From the NCBI GenBank assembly GCA_035760085.1, contig DASTTS010000515.1, forward strand, positions 1 to 43,803: 43,803 bases of DNA. The letters run 5' to 3'. A program made the position numbers and the translations under genes. This document shows, piece by piece, positions 17,974-26,437 of this stretch (positions within the stretch are counted from its first letter, which is position 1; each line of letters begins with the position of its first letter). The notes under the pieces are model-generated. The model saw nothing but the letters and a program-made list of their open reading frames with translations. It ran no database searches and had not been told where the DNA came from. The stretch is from Pyrinomonadaceae bacterium (lineage in GTDB: Bacteria; Acidobacteriota; Blastocatellia; Pyrinomonadales; Pyrinomonadaceae).

Positions 17974-18700
17974 CAAGCATCCAGATGTCGACGTTGACTT
18001 GTTCTGAGTAGTGAAGGATTGGTTGAGTCTTCGGTGCCGGTAAACCGCACGCTTCGATCATCGTCGAGTTCAAGTTCGTGAGCTCAGCTTTGTACAACTC
18101 GTAAGGTTCATGAAAAACGCGCGCACGAAACAGCTCGCCCTTAAACTCACTGTAAAGCACGTAACGCTCCGTGAGAAAGAAATCGCGCGAGCCGGGTTGT
18201 GCTTTCGGCAACGCATCACCAACACCCCACGACGCGCGGAACTGCGCCGGTGGATCGTCTTTGCGCTTCAGCCGGTATTTGATCTTCCGCTTACCTTGCA
18301 GGTCGATGTCGGCCGAGTAGTAAGGCAGGTGATACACAGTGCGCGCGGCCAAAACTGCCGCACTACTATTCGCGTCGAGGGAAAAGAACCACACACCAGG
18401 CACGCCATTGTGGTGAACGTACGTACGCACGTTCAACTCGTGCATCTCGTCGAGTCCGGGAATCGGCGGCATGTACGGCGGCAAGCCGCGGATATCCCAC
18501 ATCGTGAAGGGCACGATTCCGATCCACGCCGAGTTGCCGTAAGTATCGAGTTCGAGTGAACGAGGAATGTGCGGGCGTAGCACGTTTGGATTAATGCGCC
18601 AGTGAATAAAGAGCAGTTTGCCCCAGGACTGGTGCATGACCGGCTGGCCGTCCGGTCGGTGCCGAACAGCAAGCCGGTCAACGTCAAGTACCTTACGCAT
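17954..18700 (-). CDS. DUF2071 (YqjF-like) family protein
   Basis: WGKLLFIHWRINPNVLRPHIPRSLELDTYGNSAWIGIVPFTMW is the typical DUF2071 N-terminal block. Confidence 0.75.
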   Translation of the reverse strand: MRKVLDVDRLAVRHRPDGQPVMHQSWGKLLFIHWRINPNVLRPHIPRSLELDTYGNSAWIGIVPFTMWDIRGLPPYMPPIPGLDEMHELNVRTYVHHNGVPGVWFFSLDANSSAAVLAARTVYHLPYYSADIDLQGKRKIKYRLKRKDDPPAQFRASWGVGDALPKAQPGSRDFFLTERYVLYSEFKGELFRARVFHEPYELYKAELTNLNSTMIEACGLPAPKTQPILHYSEQVNVDIWMLESVNTD

Positions 18701-18715
18701 CAGTTTCGCTATTAA

Positions 18716-19240
18716 CTAAGCAGCCGCTTTGTGACTGCGCTCGTCGGCCGCGCGTTTCGTGTCGAGCGCACTATGCGTCAACGAATTGGGCGCATTGAGA
18801 TTCGCGTCAGGCGTCACACCGACACCGAGACGCTCAACCAACTCGCCACCGAGCCAACCGCCAAGGAACGCTGCCGCCACACCAATAAACGAGAGTGCGA
18901 ACGCCGCAGTGGATGGCACTTCCGGAGAGTTCCTTCTCAACAACCAACTGGCAACGAACAGGATCATCACGAACACGTTCGTGAGCCCGTGTAGAAGGCC
19001 AATCCGGCTCGCGCGCGTTCCCGATGGAATATTCAGATAGTCGATCAGGCCAAACACCGCAGCCAGCAAACCACCGATGATGCCTGCTGCGATCATCCAA
19101 AATGAAACCGTCGTCCATGTTGGATTGCCGGTTACGAGATAGATTACGTCAAAGATCACCGCTGCTGAAAGTAGTCCCAGCGGGTAAACGATCAAGATCG
19201 GATGAATCGCGTGTCCAAAAAGTTTCGCTTTGCTTTCCAT
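18716..19240 (-). CDS. DUF2231-family membrane protein
   Basis: The protein begins LFGHAIHPILIVYPLGLLSAAVIFD and has about four TM helices. Confidence 0.7.
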   Translation of the reverse strand: MESKAKLFGHAIHPILIVYPLGLLSAAVIFDVIYLVTGNPTWTTVSFWMIAAGIIGGLLAAVFGLIDYLNIPSGTRASRIGLLHGLTNVFVMILFVASWLLRRNSPEVPSTAAFALSFIGVAAAFLGGWLGGELVERLGVGVTPDANLNAPNSLTHSALDTKRAADERSHKAAA

Positions 19241-19297
19241 TGTTGATGTAGACCTCCTTGAATAACGGGAAATACATCAATTTCTGGGCCAAGCCTG

Positions 19298-19336
19298 GAC
19301 AGGATTACAGGATTTTCAAGATTAACAAGATTTTTT
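19298..19336 (+). repeat. Family A half-element
   Basis: GACAGGATTACAGGATTTTCAAGATTAACAAGATTTTTT. It abuts the GH2 stop codon (19335-19337). Confidence 0.8.
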
Positions 19337-21122
19337 AACCAAGTTTGCGGAACATTTCATCATGTATGGCTGCAATCGCCTCGGCGGGAACCTTGGGTTT
19401 GCGATCGTAGGTCAGCAAGCCGTTGATCTCCTGCTCGATATCCGTCAACTGGGTGTAACAAAATCCAGCAAGAAATTCGAGCGAAGCGATTCCCTTGATC
19501 AGGTCGCGATACTTCTCAAGCAGCTCTTCATTCGTTTCAAACGACGCGTAAAACCGGTACAACAGATCGCGCTTCTCCGGTGGAATGTCTTTCGGTATCG
19601 CGAGGAAGCCACCAACTTCAGACAACACGATCGGCTGTCCACGATATCTCGAGCCGCGTGCGAAGAGGGGTTTGTCTACCCAGACCTTCGAAGGTAGCTC
19701 GCCGCCTTCCAGTGTTTCTTTGTAGCGAGTCGAGAGTTTCTCAGCGGTGGGTGTGTAATCATGAATCGCGCAGATGTCGGTGATGTCAGTATGTTCCCAA
19801 CCATCGTTATCGATCACAGGCCGCGTGGAATCGAGACGCCTCGTAACACGAACCATGCGCTCGATGAAGGCATACTGACCCGCGTGCTCCGAACCCAAAC
19901 CCGGAAAGCCCATGCTCTCATTAACCGGCACCCACGCCACGATGCACGGATGGTTGAAGTCGCGACGCACTGCGTCCTGCCATTCAGCGGATAACAAGTT
20001 TTCCGACGTCGGCGACCACTCGCGCGCGTTAGGCATTTCTTCCCACACCAGCAAGCCAAGACGATCGCACCAGTAAATCCAGCGCGGATCCTCGATCTTC
20101 TGGTGCTTCCTGACGCCGTTGAATCCAAACATCTTGATCCAGCCGATGTCTGTTTGAAGTGCTTCGTCGGATGGCGCGGTTAGATAGCCGTCGGGCCAGT
20201 ATCCCTGGTCCAAAACCATCTTGAGATAGGTGGCTTTACCGTTGATGAGAACTTTTCCATTGCGCAACTCGATGCCGCGCAGTCCGATATACGATCCCAC
20301 TTCGTCGAGCAGGTTGTTACCGTCGTAAAGTCTGACTTGCAGATCGTAGAGATGCGGCGACTCAGGCGACCAAAGCTTCGCGTAAGGGATCGTGATCGAG
20401 AGTCGTCCGGTTGCGACTGCGGTTTGATCTTCGGCAATCGCGACGCGCTTCCCTTCCTCGAGCACCTCGACTTCAATGCGCCACGCTGACGAAGGCGCGT
20501 GCAGGAACACTGTCAATTCAAAAAGATTTCGTTTTGCATGGGTGATGACGCGCAACTCTTCGATTCGAATCGGCGGCACTGGCTCGAGCCAAACTGTTTG
20601 CCAGATGCCGGTCGTGCAGTAGTAATCGATGCCTTCCGGCAAGCCCGTGAACGACTGCTTACCACGCGGCTGCTCCGGATCCTGTCGATCCTCGACGCGT
20701 AGCGTCAGTCGATTCGTGCCTGACTTGAGATATGGCGAGATATCGAATTGAAAAGGAACGTGACCGCCGCGATTGTGTCCAACTTCCTGTCCGTTGACCC
20801 ACACCGTGCACGCGTAATCGACAGCTCCGAAGTTGAGCAACAGATCGCGCTTGTAAAACTCGTCAGGCAGCTCAAACGAGCGCGCATACCACACGACTTC
20901 GTGAATGCTCTTGTCGTTGATACCTGACAGTTCTGTCTGGTAGCCAAACGGAACATTGATGCGCAGCGGCAACGTGCGACCGTCCTGCCAACCTTGACTC
21001 AATCCCTCATTGGCGTCATCAAAAGCAAATTCCCATTCGCCATTGAGATTGAACCAGATGCTGCGAACAAATTGTGGACGCGGATACTCTGGGCGGGGAA
21101 CCTCTTTTTGTCTAAATATCAT
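19335..21122 (-). CDS. Glycoside hydrolase family 2 enzyme (specificity unknown; no signal peptide)
   Basis: 595 aa with an EYPRPQFVR..W..LNGEWEF N-terminus. Domain order is sugar-binding / Ig-like / TIM barrel, with an acid/base-type AWVPVNES motif. Confidence 0.8.
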   Translation of the reverse strand: MIFRQKEVPRPEYPRPQFVRSIWFNLNGEWEFAFDDANEGLSQGWQDGRTLPLRINVPFGYQTELSGINDKSIHEVVWYARSFELPDEFYKRDLLLNFGAVDYACTVWVNGQEVGHNRGGHVPFQFDISPYLKSGTNRLTLRVEDRQDPEQPRGKQSFTGLPEGIDYYCTTGIWQTVWLEPVPPIRIEELRVITHAKRNLFELTVFLHAPSSAWRIEVEVLEEGKRVAIAEDQTAVATGRLSITIPYAKLWSPESPHLYDLQVRLYDGNNLLDEVGSYIGLRGIELRNGKVLINGKATYLKMVLDQGYWPDGYLTAPSDEALQTDIGWIKMFGFNGVRKHQKIEDPRWIYWCDRLGLLVWEEMPNAREWSPTSENLLSAEWQDAVRRDFNHPCIVAWVPVNESMGFPGLGSEHAGQYAFIERMVRVTRRLDSTRPVIDNDGWEHTDITDICAIHDYTPTAEKLSTRYKETLEGGELPSKVWVDKPLFARGSRYRGQPIVLSEVGGFLAIPKDIPPEKRDLLYRFYASFETNEELLEKYRDLIKGIASLEFLAGFCYTQLTDIEQEINGLLTYDRKPKVPAEAIAAIHDEMFRKLG

Positions 21123-21360
21123 GCGAAACTGTTAACGTTGGAGAGCGCTCGACACCTACGGATCTCCCTGTATCAGTCAGATTCGAAATATCCCATGCCG
21201 TTAGTTTACCGTCGCAAACCAGGCGACCTTCAGCGCTGACTTCATACTGGCTCGCGTTATACGAGAGCCTGTACGACACATGTCCATTCTGCCGTCTGCA
21301 CAATACAATAAGTTCGCGCCCGTTGGGCAGACAATATACTCCTCCCACTCTGAGATCCAT
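21112..21360 (-). CDS. Hypothetical 82-aa protein, translationally coupled to the GH2 gene
   Basis: A strong RBS (GGGGGGAAG) precedes ATG 21360. Its 3' end overlaps the GH2 ATG by 11 nt. No family recognised. Confidence 0.55.
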   Translation of the reverse strand: MDLRVGGVYCLPNGRELIVLCRRQNGHVSYRLSYNASQYEVSAEGRLVCDGKLTAWDISNLTDTGRSVGVERSPTLTVSHDI

Positions 21361-21398
21361 GCTTCCCCCCTTGCTCGTTCTTTGAAAAGTCAGCTTAA

Positions 21399-21470
21399 GA
21401 CAGGATTACAGGATTTACAGAATGACAGGGATTAAAATCCTGTAAATCATGCAAATCCTGTAATCCTGTC
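21399..21470. repeat. Family A element, full palindromic copy
   Basis: GACAGGATTACAGGATTTACAGAATGACAGGGATT aa AATCCTGTAAATCATGCAAATCCTGTAATCCTGTC. It lies between the glf stop and the small ORF start. Confidence 0.9.
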
Positions 21471-21480
21471 CAAAATTCTT

Positions 21481-22668
21481 CTACTGATTCACGGCGGTGA
21501 TCACCGTTCTCATGAAACCCTTGCCGTTGCCGTTGCCGTTGCCGTTGCCATGACTATGCACCATCGCTTCGACTCTCTTCATACCCGCGATCTTGCCGTA
21601 GGTCGTCAGAGCCTGAGCCACGATCTGGTCCATGTTGTAATACTTGTACGTCGCCAAACGTCCAACAAAATGAACATCAGGCGTTCCATCAGCGAGTGCC
21701 TTGTAACGCGCATATAACTCCGCGTTTTCCTTGCGCGGCACCGGATAGTAAGCATCACCCTGCGCCTTCGGAAACTCGTAGACAATGCTCGTCTTCGAAT
21801 GCTCCTGCCCCGTGAGATACTTGAATTCCGTCACGCGAGTGTAGAGCTGCTCGTTCGGGTAATTGACCACTGGCGCGCTCTGAAAAACCGCAGTGTCGTG
21901 CGTTTCGTGCTTGAATTCGAGGGATCGGTAAGGCAGTTTTCCGTAACAATAATCGAAATAAGAATCGACCGGCCCGGTATAAATCATCTCGCGGAAGGGA
22001 ATGTCTTTCTCTATCTCGCGGTAATCGCAATTCAACATGATCTTGATATTGGGGTGATCAAGCATGTTCTCAAACATGCGCGTATACCCGTGCAGGGGCA
22101 TCGCCTGGTAAGTATCCGTAAAGTAACGATCGTCACGGTTAGTCCGCGTTGGAACGCGCGAAGTCACACTCGAGTCAAGCTCGGATGGATCGAGTCCCCA
22201 TTGCTTGCGCGTGTAGTTGCGGAAGAATTTCTCGTATAACTCTCTCCCTACTTTGCTGACGACGACGTCTTCAGACGTGCGTATCTGCTCTACCGGCTCA
22301 GCAACCTTCTTAAAAAACTCATCGACTTCGAATGACGTTAGATTCAAGCCGTAGAGCGCGTTGATAGTGTCGAGATTGATCGGAATGGGAACGATCTGCC
22401 CGTCGACACTCGCGCGCACGCGGTGCTGATACGGTCGCCATTCGGTAAAACGCGAAAGATATTCAAAAACGTCGCGTGAGTTGGTGTGGAAAATATGCGG
22501 GCCATACTTATGAACGAGAATGCCTGCGTCGTTGTAATGATCGTAAGCGTTGCCGCCTATGTGTGGACGCCTGTCACAAAGTAAAACTTTCTTATTGGAA
22601 CCCGCTGCGAGTCGTTCTGCTAGTACACTGCCGGCGAAGCCGGCTCCTACAATCAAATAATCAAACAT
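21481..22668 (-). CDS. glf: UDP-galactopyranose mutase
   Basis: MFDYLIVGAGFAGSVLAERLA, GGNAYD, HIFHTN, VNYPNE..YTRVTEFK and GRLATYKYYNMDQ form the canonical Glf motif set. The C-terminal tail is unusual: HSHGNGNGNGNGKG.... Confidence 0.9.
   Translation of the reverse strand: MFDYLIVGAGFAGSVLAERLAAGSNKKVLLCDRRPHIGGNAYDHYNDAGILVHKYGPHIFHTNSRDVFEYLSRFTEWRPYQHRVRASVDGQIVPIPINLDTINALYGLNLTSFEVDEFFKKVAEPVEQIRTSEDVVVSKVGRELYEKFFRNYTRKQWGLDPSELDSSVTSRVPTRTNRDDRYFTDTYQAMPLHGYTRMFENMLDHPNIKIMLNCDYREIEKDIPFREMIYTGPVDSYFDYCYGKLPYRSLEFKHETHDTAVFQSAPVVNYPNEQLYTRVTEFKYLTGQEHSKTSIVYEFPKAQGDAYYPVPRKENAELYARYKALADGTPDVHFVGRLATYKYYNMDQIVAQALTTYGKIAGMKRVEAMVHSHGNGNGNGNGKGFMRTVITAVNQ
21521..21550 (-). repeat. 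Hexanucleotide microsatellite (TTGCCG x4 + TTGCCA) encoding (Gly-Asn)4 in the glf C-terminal tail
   Basis: Direct reading of 21521-21550. The repeat is in frame, so unit changes would alter length rather than frame. Confidence 0.9.
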
Positions 22669-22692
22669 TACCTGAAACCCTCCCCTTGTTCG

Positions 22693-23901
22693 TTATCGAG
22701 TAATTGCGGCGACGCCCGCTCGCCGGCTCAGACCATTAAGCGGTAAAGAACTGGCTGGACGCTTCTTTTGTATAACTTCATCTATCAAATCCGACATCTG
22801 CGCCCACGTCTTGTCCCACGAGATGTTCTCGAGAAACGCGTCGACTTTCTGGAGCCACTCTGAGCGATCCGATCGCGACAAAAGCTTTTCTGCCGCACTG
22901 ATGAACTCGTCAGCAGTGTCGGTGATCTCGACGAGCTTCATTTCGCCGTAAGGCCGCACGACGTCGCGGATCGAAGTTGAGATGACTGGTTTGCCGGCCG
23001 CCAGGTACTCCGGAGTCTTAGTGGGACTTATGAAACGCGTTGATTCGTTCCGCGCGAAAAGTAAAAGTGCGACGTCCCAACCCGCTAAGTAATCCGGAAG
23101 CTCGTCATATTTTTTGCCGCCGAGATAATGAATGTTCGCGTGCTTCGGCAGCGCGTCGGGATCAATCTTCACGACCGGTCCAATAATGACAAAGTTCCAG
23201 TCCGGACGCTTGGCCGCGACTTCGTCGAGCAGCTCCACGTCGAAGCGCTCGTCGATCACGCCAAAGAAGCCAAGACGTGGATGCGGAATGTGTGCCTGAT
23301 CTTCAGGATCTTCAACAGTTGCTCTTGCTTTGCCGAAGTGTGACGCGTCGATGCTGCTCGGAAACGCGTACACTGCCGGATGTTGACCACGCTTTACTTC
23401 GTAGAGACTCTGTCCGCCTGTGAAAACGAGATCGACCTGCCGGAAGAGTTGTTTTTCAAGTAGCGGCAACTTCGAATCAGCACCCTTAAATGCCGACAAC
23501 TCGTCCATACAATCGTAAACGGACGCGATCGGATTGAATTGATTGGTGAAGCTGAGCGCCATCGGCGTGTAATACCAGAAGACATACTTGTTGATGTCGT
23601 GATCGATGAAAAGCTGGCGCGTCAAATCTTTCATGACGGCATCGATCGCGACTTCGCTTCGCAGTCCTTCCGGCAGATGCGGCACGACTACGTGAACTCC
23701 CGGATCCGTCTCCCGCACGTCGAGACGCATCGAGCAGTTCCCGAAAATCGGTTCTTCTACAAAGAAGACGCGACGCTTCCTGGCACAACGAGACAAAAGA
23801 TGTTGTGGGCGTTGATATACGAAATCCCAGCGCAGATGAGAGAAGCAGACCAGGTCTGTTGTCTCACCGGGTGGCGTGAATGTGTTGGTGTTGTTATTCA
23901 T
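22693..23901 (-). CDS. GT-B fold glycosyltransferase (GT1/GT4-like)
   Basis: ORF 22693..23952 trimmed to ATG 23901 (GGAGGAAACG upstream). The FSHLRWDFVYQRPQHL N-terminal motif and the C-terminal SPTKTPEYLAAGKPVIST block are present. Its stop lies 24 nt upstream of the glf start. Confidence 0.75.
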   Translation of the reverse strand: MNNNTNTFTPPGETTDLVCFSHLRWDFVYQRPQHLLSRCARKRRVFFVEEPIFGNCSMRLDVRETDPGVHVVVPHLPEGLRSEVAIDAVMKDLTRQLFIDHDINKYVFWYYTPMALSFTNQFNPIASVYDCMDELSAFKGADSKLPLLEKQLFRQVDLVFTGGQSLYEVKRGQHPAVYAFPSSIDASHFGKARATVEDPEDQAHIPHPRLGFFGVIDERFDVELLDEVAAKRPDWNFVIIGPVVKIDPDALPKHANIHYLGGKKYDELPDYLAGWDVALLLFARNESTRFISPTKTPEYLAAGKPVISTSIRDVVRPYGEMKLVEITDTADEFISAAEKLLSRSDRSEWLQKVDAFLENISWDKTWAQMSDLIDEVIQKKRPASSLPLNGLSRRAGVAAITR

Positions 23902-24266
23902 CGTTTCCTCCCTACTCCTTGATACCGAGACTGCTACCGTACGCGCGCGCACTACGACGGCGCGGAGAGCCAGTTCCCAACTTGCGACTTGTGTTAAGGG
24001 CCGGCTGGGCTTGAGATTTGTTGTTCCACCCCGGCCAGTATGGGTTTGACTACTGCTGACCCATTAACCTTGAAGGTTGAGTTTTGGGGACGCTTGCCTT
24101 AATTCAATACAACAAAATCTCGCGCTGTTTGTTTCTCAACCGACCTGAACCTGTTAATCGTCACGTTTTGTCTCATGGCAAAATCAATGCCGCGGGTGGA
24201 AGCAGTGTAGTTGTTATGCTTGAAGGTTATTGTACGTCGGCGTACGTTGTTGGTTACGACTTAGTA

Positions 24267-24330
24267 ACAGGATTCACAAGATTTTTCAGGATGGAGATTT
24301 AAATGCTGTTCGAATCTTGTAAATCCTGTC
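24267..24330. repeat. Family A element, imperfect palindromic copy
   Basis: ACAGGATTCACAAGATTTTTCAGGATGGAGATTT ... GAATCTTGTAAATCCTGTC. Confidence 0.8.
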
Positions 24331-24336
24331 CAAACG

Positions 24337-24370
24337 AAAAGGGCGTCACCGGCCGCACGCGGTGACGCCC
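24337..24370 (-). terminator. Intrinsic terminator of the PEP-CTERM gene
   Basis: Perfect 11-bp GC stem GGGCGTCACCG (24341-24351) / CGGTGACGCCC (24360-24370) with an 8-nt loop. On the minus strand it is followed by TTTTCGTTT. Confidence 0.8.
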
Positions 24371-24395
24371 TGAACGGGTGCTTTTAAGGCACTCC

Positions 24396-25076
24396 CTATT
24401 TCCGAAGTCTGAATCTACGTCGCGCGTAGCCACCGAGGCCGACTAACGCGCTGCCCAGCAGCAGAATCGATGACGGCTCCGGTATCTCGCCCGGTGCACC
24501 AACGTCACTGCCTTCGCTTCCTCCTTCGAGAGGAACATTCTGGAATCGCACTAAGATCGCATTGCAAATTTCCGTTTCAGTGAATCCTGTGAAGGCTGCT
24601 CCGGAAACTGTGAACGATGCGCTCTCGCCTGGAAGCAGTCCGTCGTTTACGGAACCGCCGCTGAAGTTACCAGATGGGCCGGTGGTGAAACCGAAATCCA
24701 GTACCGCATCGTCGAAGCCGTGCGATACATTTCCTAAATTCCCATCTGAGAAAGTGAAATTTGACGACAGGCTCGGTGCCTGCATGCCAGTAAAACCATT
24801 CAATCCCGAAGCGCTCGCATTCCCCGACGGCGGCAAGTCAAAGCCGATGGCGGTGATCGTCGACGTGGAGCCTGGTTGGGTGATAGCCGACGTATTCGTG
24901 ATTGTAAAGGTGAAGGTATTTGTTTGGGAGTTGAACTCACAAACTACTGTCGCTGTTGAGAATTGGCCGGAATCAGCACCGACGATTGTTATTGTGTCCG
25001 CCCTCACGCTGGTGCTGGCGGCCGCCAAAACCAACAACGCGGCTAGTGAAAAAACAGTTTTGCCGAATCGGGACAT
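24396..25076 (-). CDS. PEP-CTERM sorting-domain secreted protein
   Basis: ORF 24396..25166 trimmed to ATG 25076 (AAGGAGGAAACC upstream). Signal peptide is FSLAALLVLAAASTSVRA. The C-terminus PEPSSILLLGSALVGLGGYARRRFRLRK is a PEP motif, TM helix and basic tail. Confidence 0.85.
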   Translation of the reverse strand: MSRFGKTVFSLAALLVLAAASTSVRADTITIVGADSGQFSTATVVCEFNSQTNTFTFTITNTSAITQPGSTSTITAIGFDLPPSGNASASGLNGFTGMQAPSLSSNFTFSDGNLGNVSHGFDDAVLDFGFTTGPSGNFSGGSVNDGLLPGESASFTVSGAAFTGFTETEICNAILVRFQNVPLEGGSEGSDVGAPGEIPEPSSILLLGSALVGLGGYARRRFRLRK

Positions 25077-25299
25077 AGGTTTCCTCCTTGTATCTACCTG
25101 ACTACACTCGGCCCGCCGCAACCGCACTTCCGGCTTTTTGTGGGAGAACTTGCGGGGCAACTGCAAATCTCACTCTGGCGTTTGTGTGGCGTGATATTAG
25201 AGGCGTGTTTCGTGCAGGTCAATCGATAGATTTCGGCGTGACAAAATTTCCACAAGCTTAAAACCAGAACGAAACCGGAACGCAACAACGAGTATATTC

Positions 25300-26322
25300 T
25301 CAGTGAGTCACTTCATTATTTCGTAGCGCCGCTTCTTCGTTCAAAGTTGTTAACCACGATGGCGACCAGGACGATGTACTGTCTCGTCCCTTCACTCGCT
25401 CTGTTCCAGCGCCGCCGGCTTCCGGCAACAGACGGTTCGCTATTGCGAGCATCTGAGACATTGCTTCCGGAAACAACTCTTCCAGGAGCACCGCAATCTT
25501 TGCTGGAACCGAAATCACGAGTTCTCCTTGTCCGCGCTTGCAAGCTTGCACAATCTGCCGCGCCGCATTCTCTGCACTTACCGTCAGCAGCGGTAACGCA
25601 TCGCTGATGCTGAACCACGCGTACTCGAAACGATGCTTGCCTTTGAAGTCGGCGTTGCGCGGGCTGCCTGTTCGCATCAGCCCCGGACAGACTGTCGTGA
25701 CTTTGATCCCGTCTTTCATTAACTCCGCGCGCAAACCTTTCGAGAGTCCGACGAGCGCGAATTTACTCGCACTATAAGGAACGAGATGCGGAACGCTGAC
25801 TTTGCCGCCGATCGAGCTGATATTAACGATTCGTCCTGTTTTCTTCTCACGCATCGAAGGCAACACCGCCATAATCGTGTTCAGCGGACCCCAGAAGTGC
25901 GCCTGCATTGCGAGTTCGAAATCTTCGTGCGTCATCACTTCCAAAGGACCGACCTGAATGACGCCGGCGTTGTTGACAAGTACATCGATACTTCCAAGGC
26001 GAGTGTAGATATTCGCCACCATGCTCATCACGTCGTGCCTGTTGGTTACATCGCAACGAGCTACCATTACTTCAGTACCAAACTTTTCGAGATCGAGACG
26101 CGCCTGCTCGAGTTCCTGTTCGTCGCGCGCGCAGAGCACGAGACGTGCGCCTTCGCGCGCAAACTCGCGTGCCATCACGAGCCCGAGCCCTCGCGAGCCG
26201 CCAGTGATTAGTACCGTCTTGTCTTTTAAGTCGTACTCGACGAGACGATTGAATGCTGATTTGAGTACATAAGTTCCAGCGCCGAGTGCAGCGAGTTTGA
26301 TGATGTCTTTTCCGGTTAGCAT
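25300..26322 (-). CDS. SDR-family oxidoreductase with N-terminal hydrophobic segment
   Basis: KTVLITGGSRGLGLVMAREFAREGARLVLCARD (TGxxxGxG), NNAG, and YSASKFAL (YxxxK). The ORF-track start 26334 is TTG; the first ATG is at 26322. Confidence 0.8.
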   Translation of the reverse strand: MLTGKDIIKLAALGAGTYVLKSAFNRLVEYDLKDKTVLITGGSRGLGLVMAREFAREGARLVLCARDEQELEQARLDLEKFGTEVMVARCDVTNRHDVMSMVANIYTRLGSIDVLVNNAGVIQVGPLEVMTHEDFELAMQAHFWGPLNTIMAVLPSMREKKTGRIVNISSIGGKVSVPHLVPYSASKFALVGLSKGLRAELMKDGIKVTTVCPGLMRTGSPRNADFKGKHRFEYAWFSISDALPLLTVSAENAARQIVQACKRGQGELVISVPAKIAVLLEELFPEAMSQMLAIANRLLPEAGGAGTERVKGRDSTSSWSPSWLTTLNEEAALRNNEVTH

Positions 26323-26437
26323 GGCAGGATTCAAAGCAATTTATTAGCCGCGGCTTAAATCTCTGGAACTCAATGTGCCTCAACAATCCTCAGTACAACA
26401 GTCTTGTATAAATATCGGACGGAGTGTGTGGATTACT

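Noticed and set aside
24084-24302. 72-aa + strand ORF in the long GT-upstream intergenic region
   Set aside because: It has no RBS and odd composition, and its 3' part is encoded by the family A repeat. It lies opposite in orientation to all neighbouring genes.
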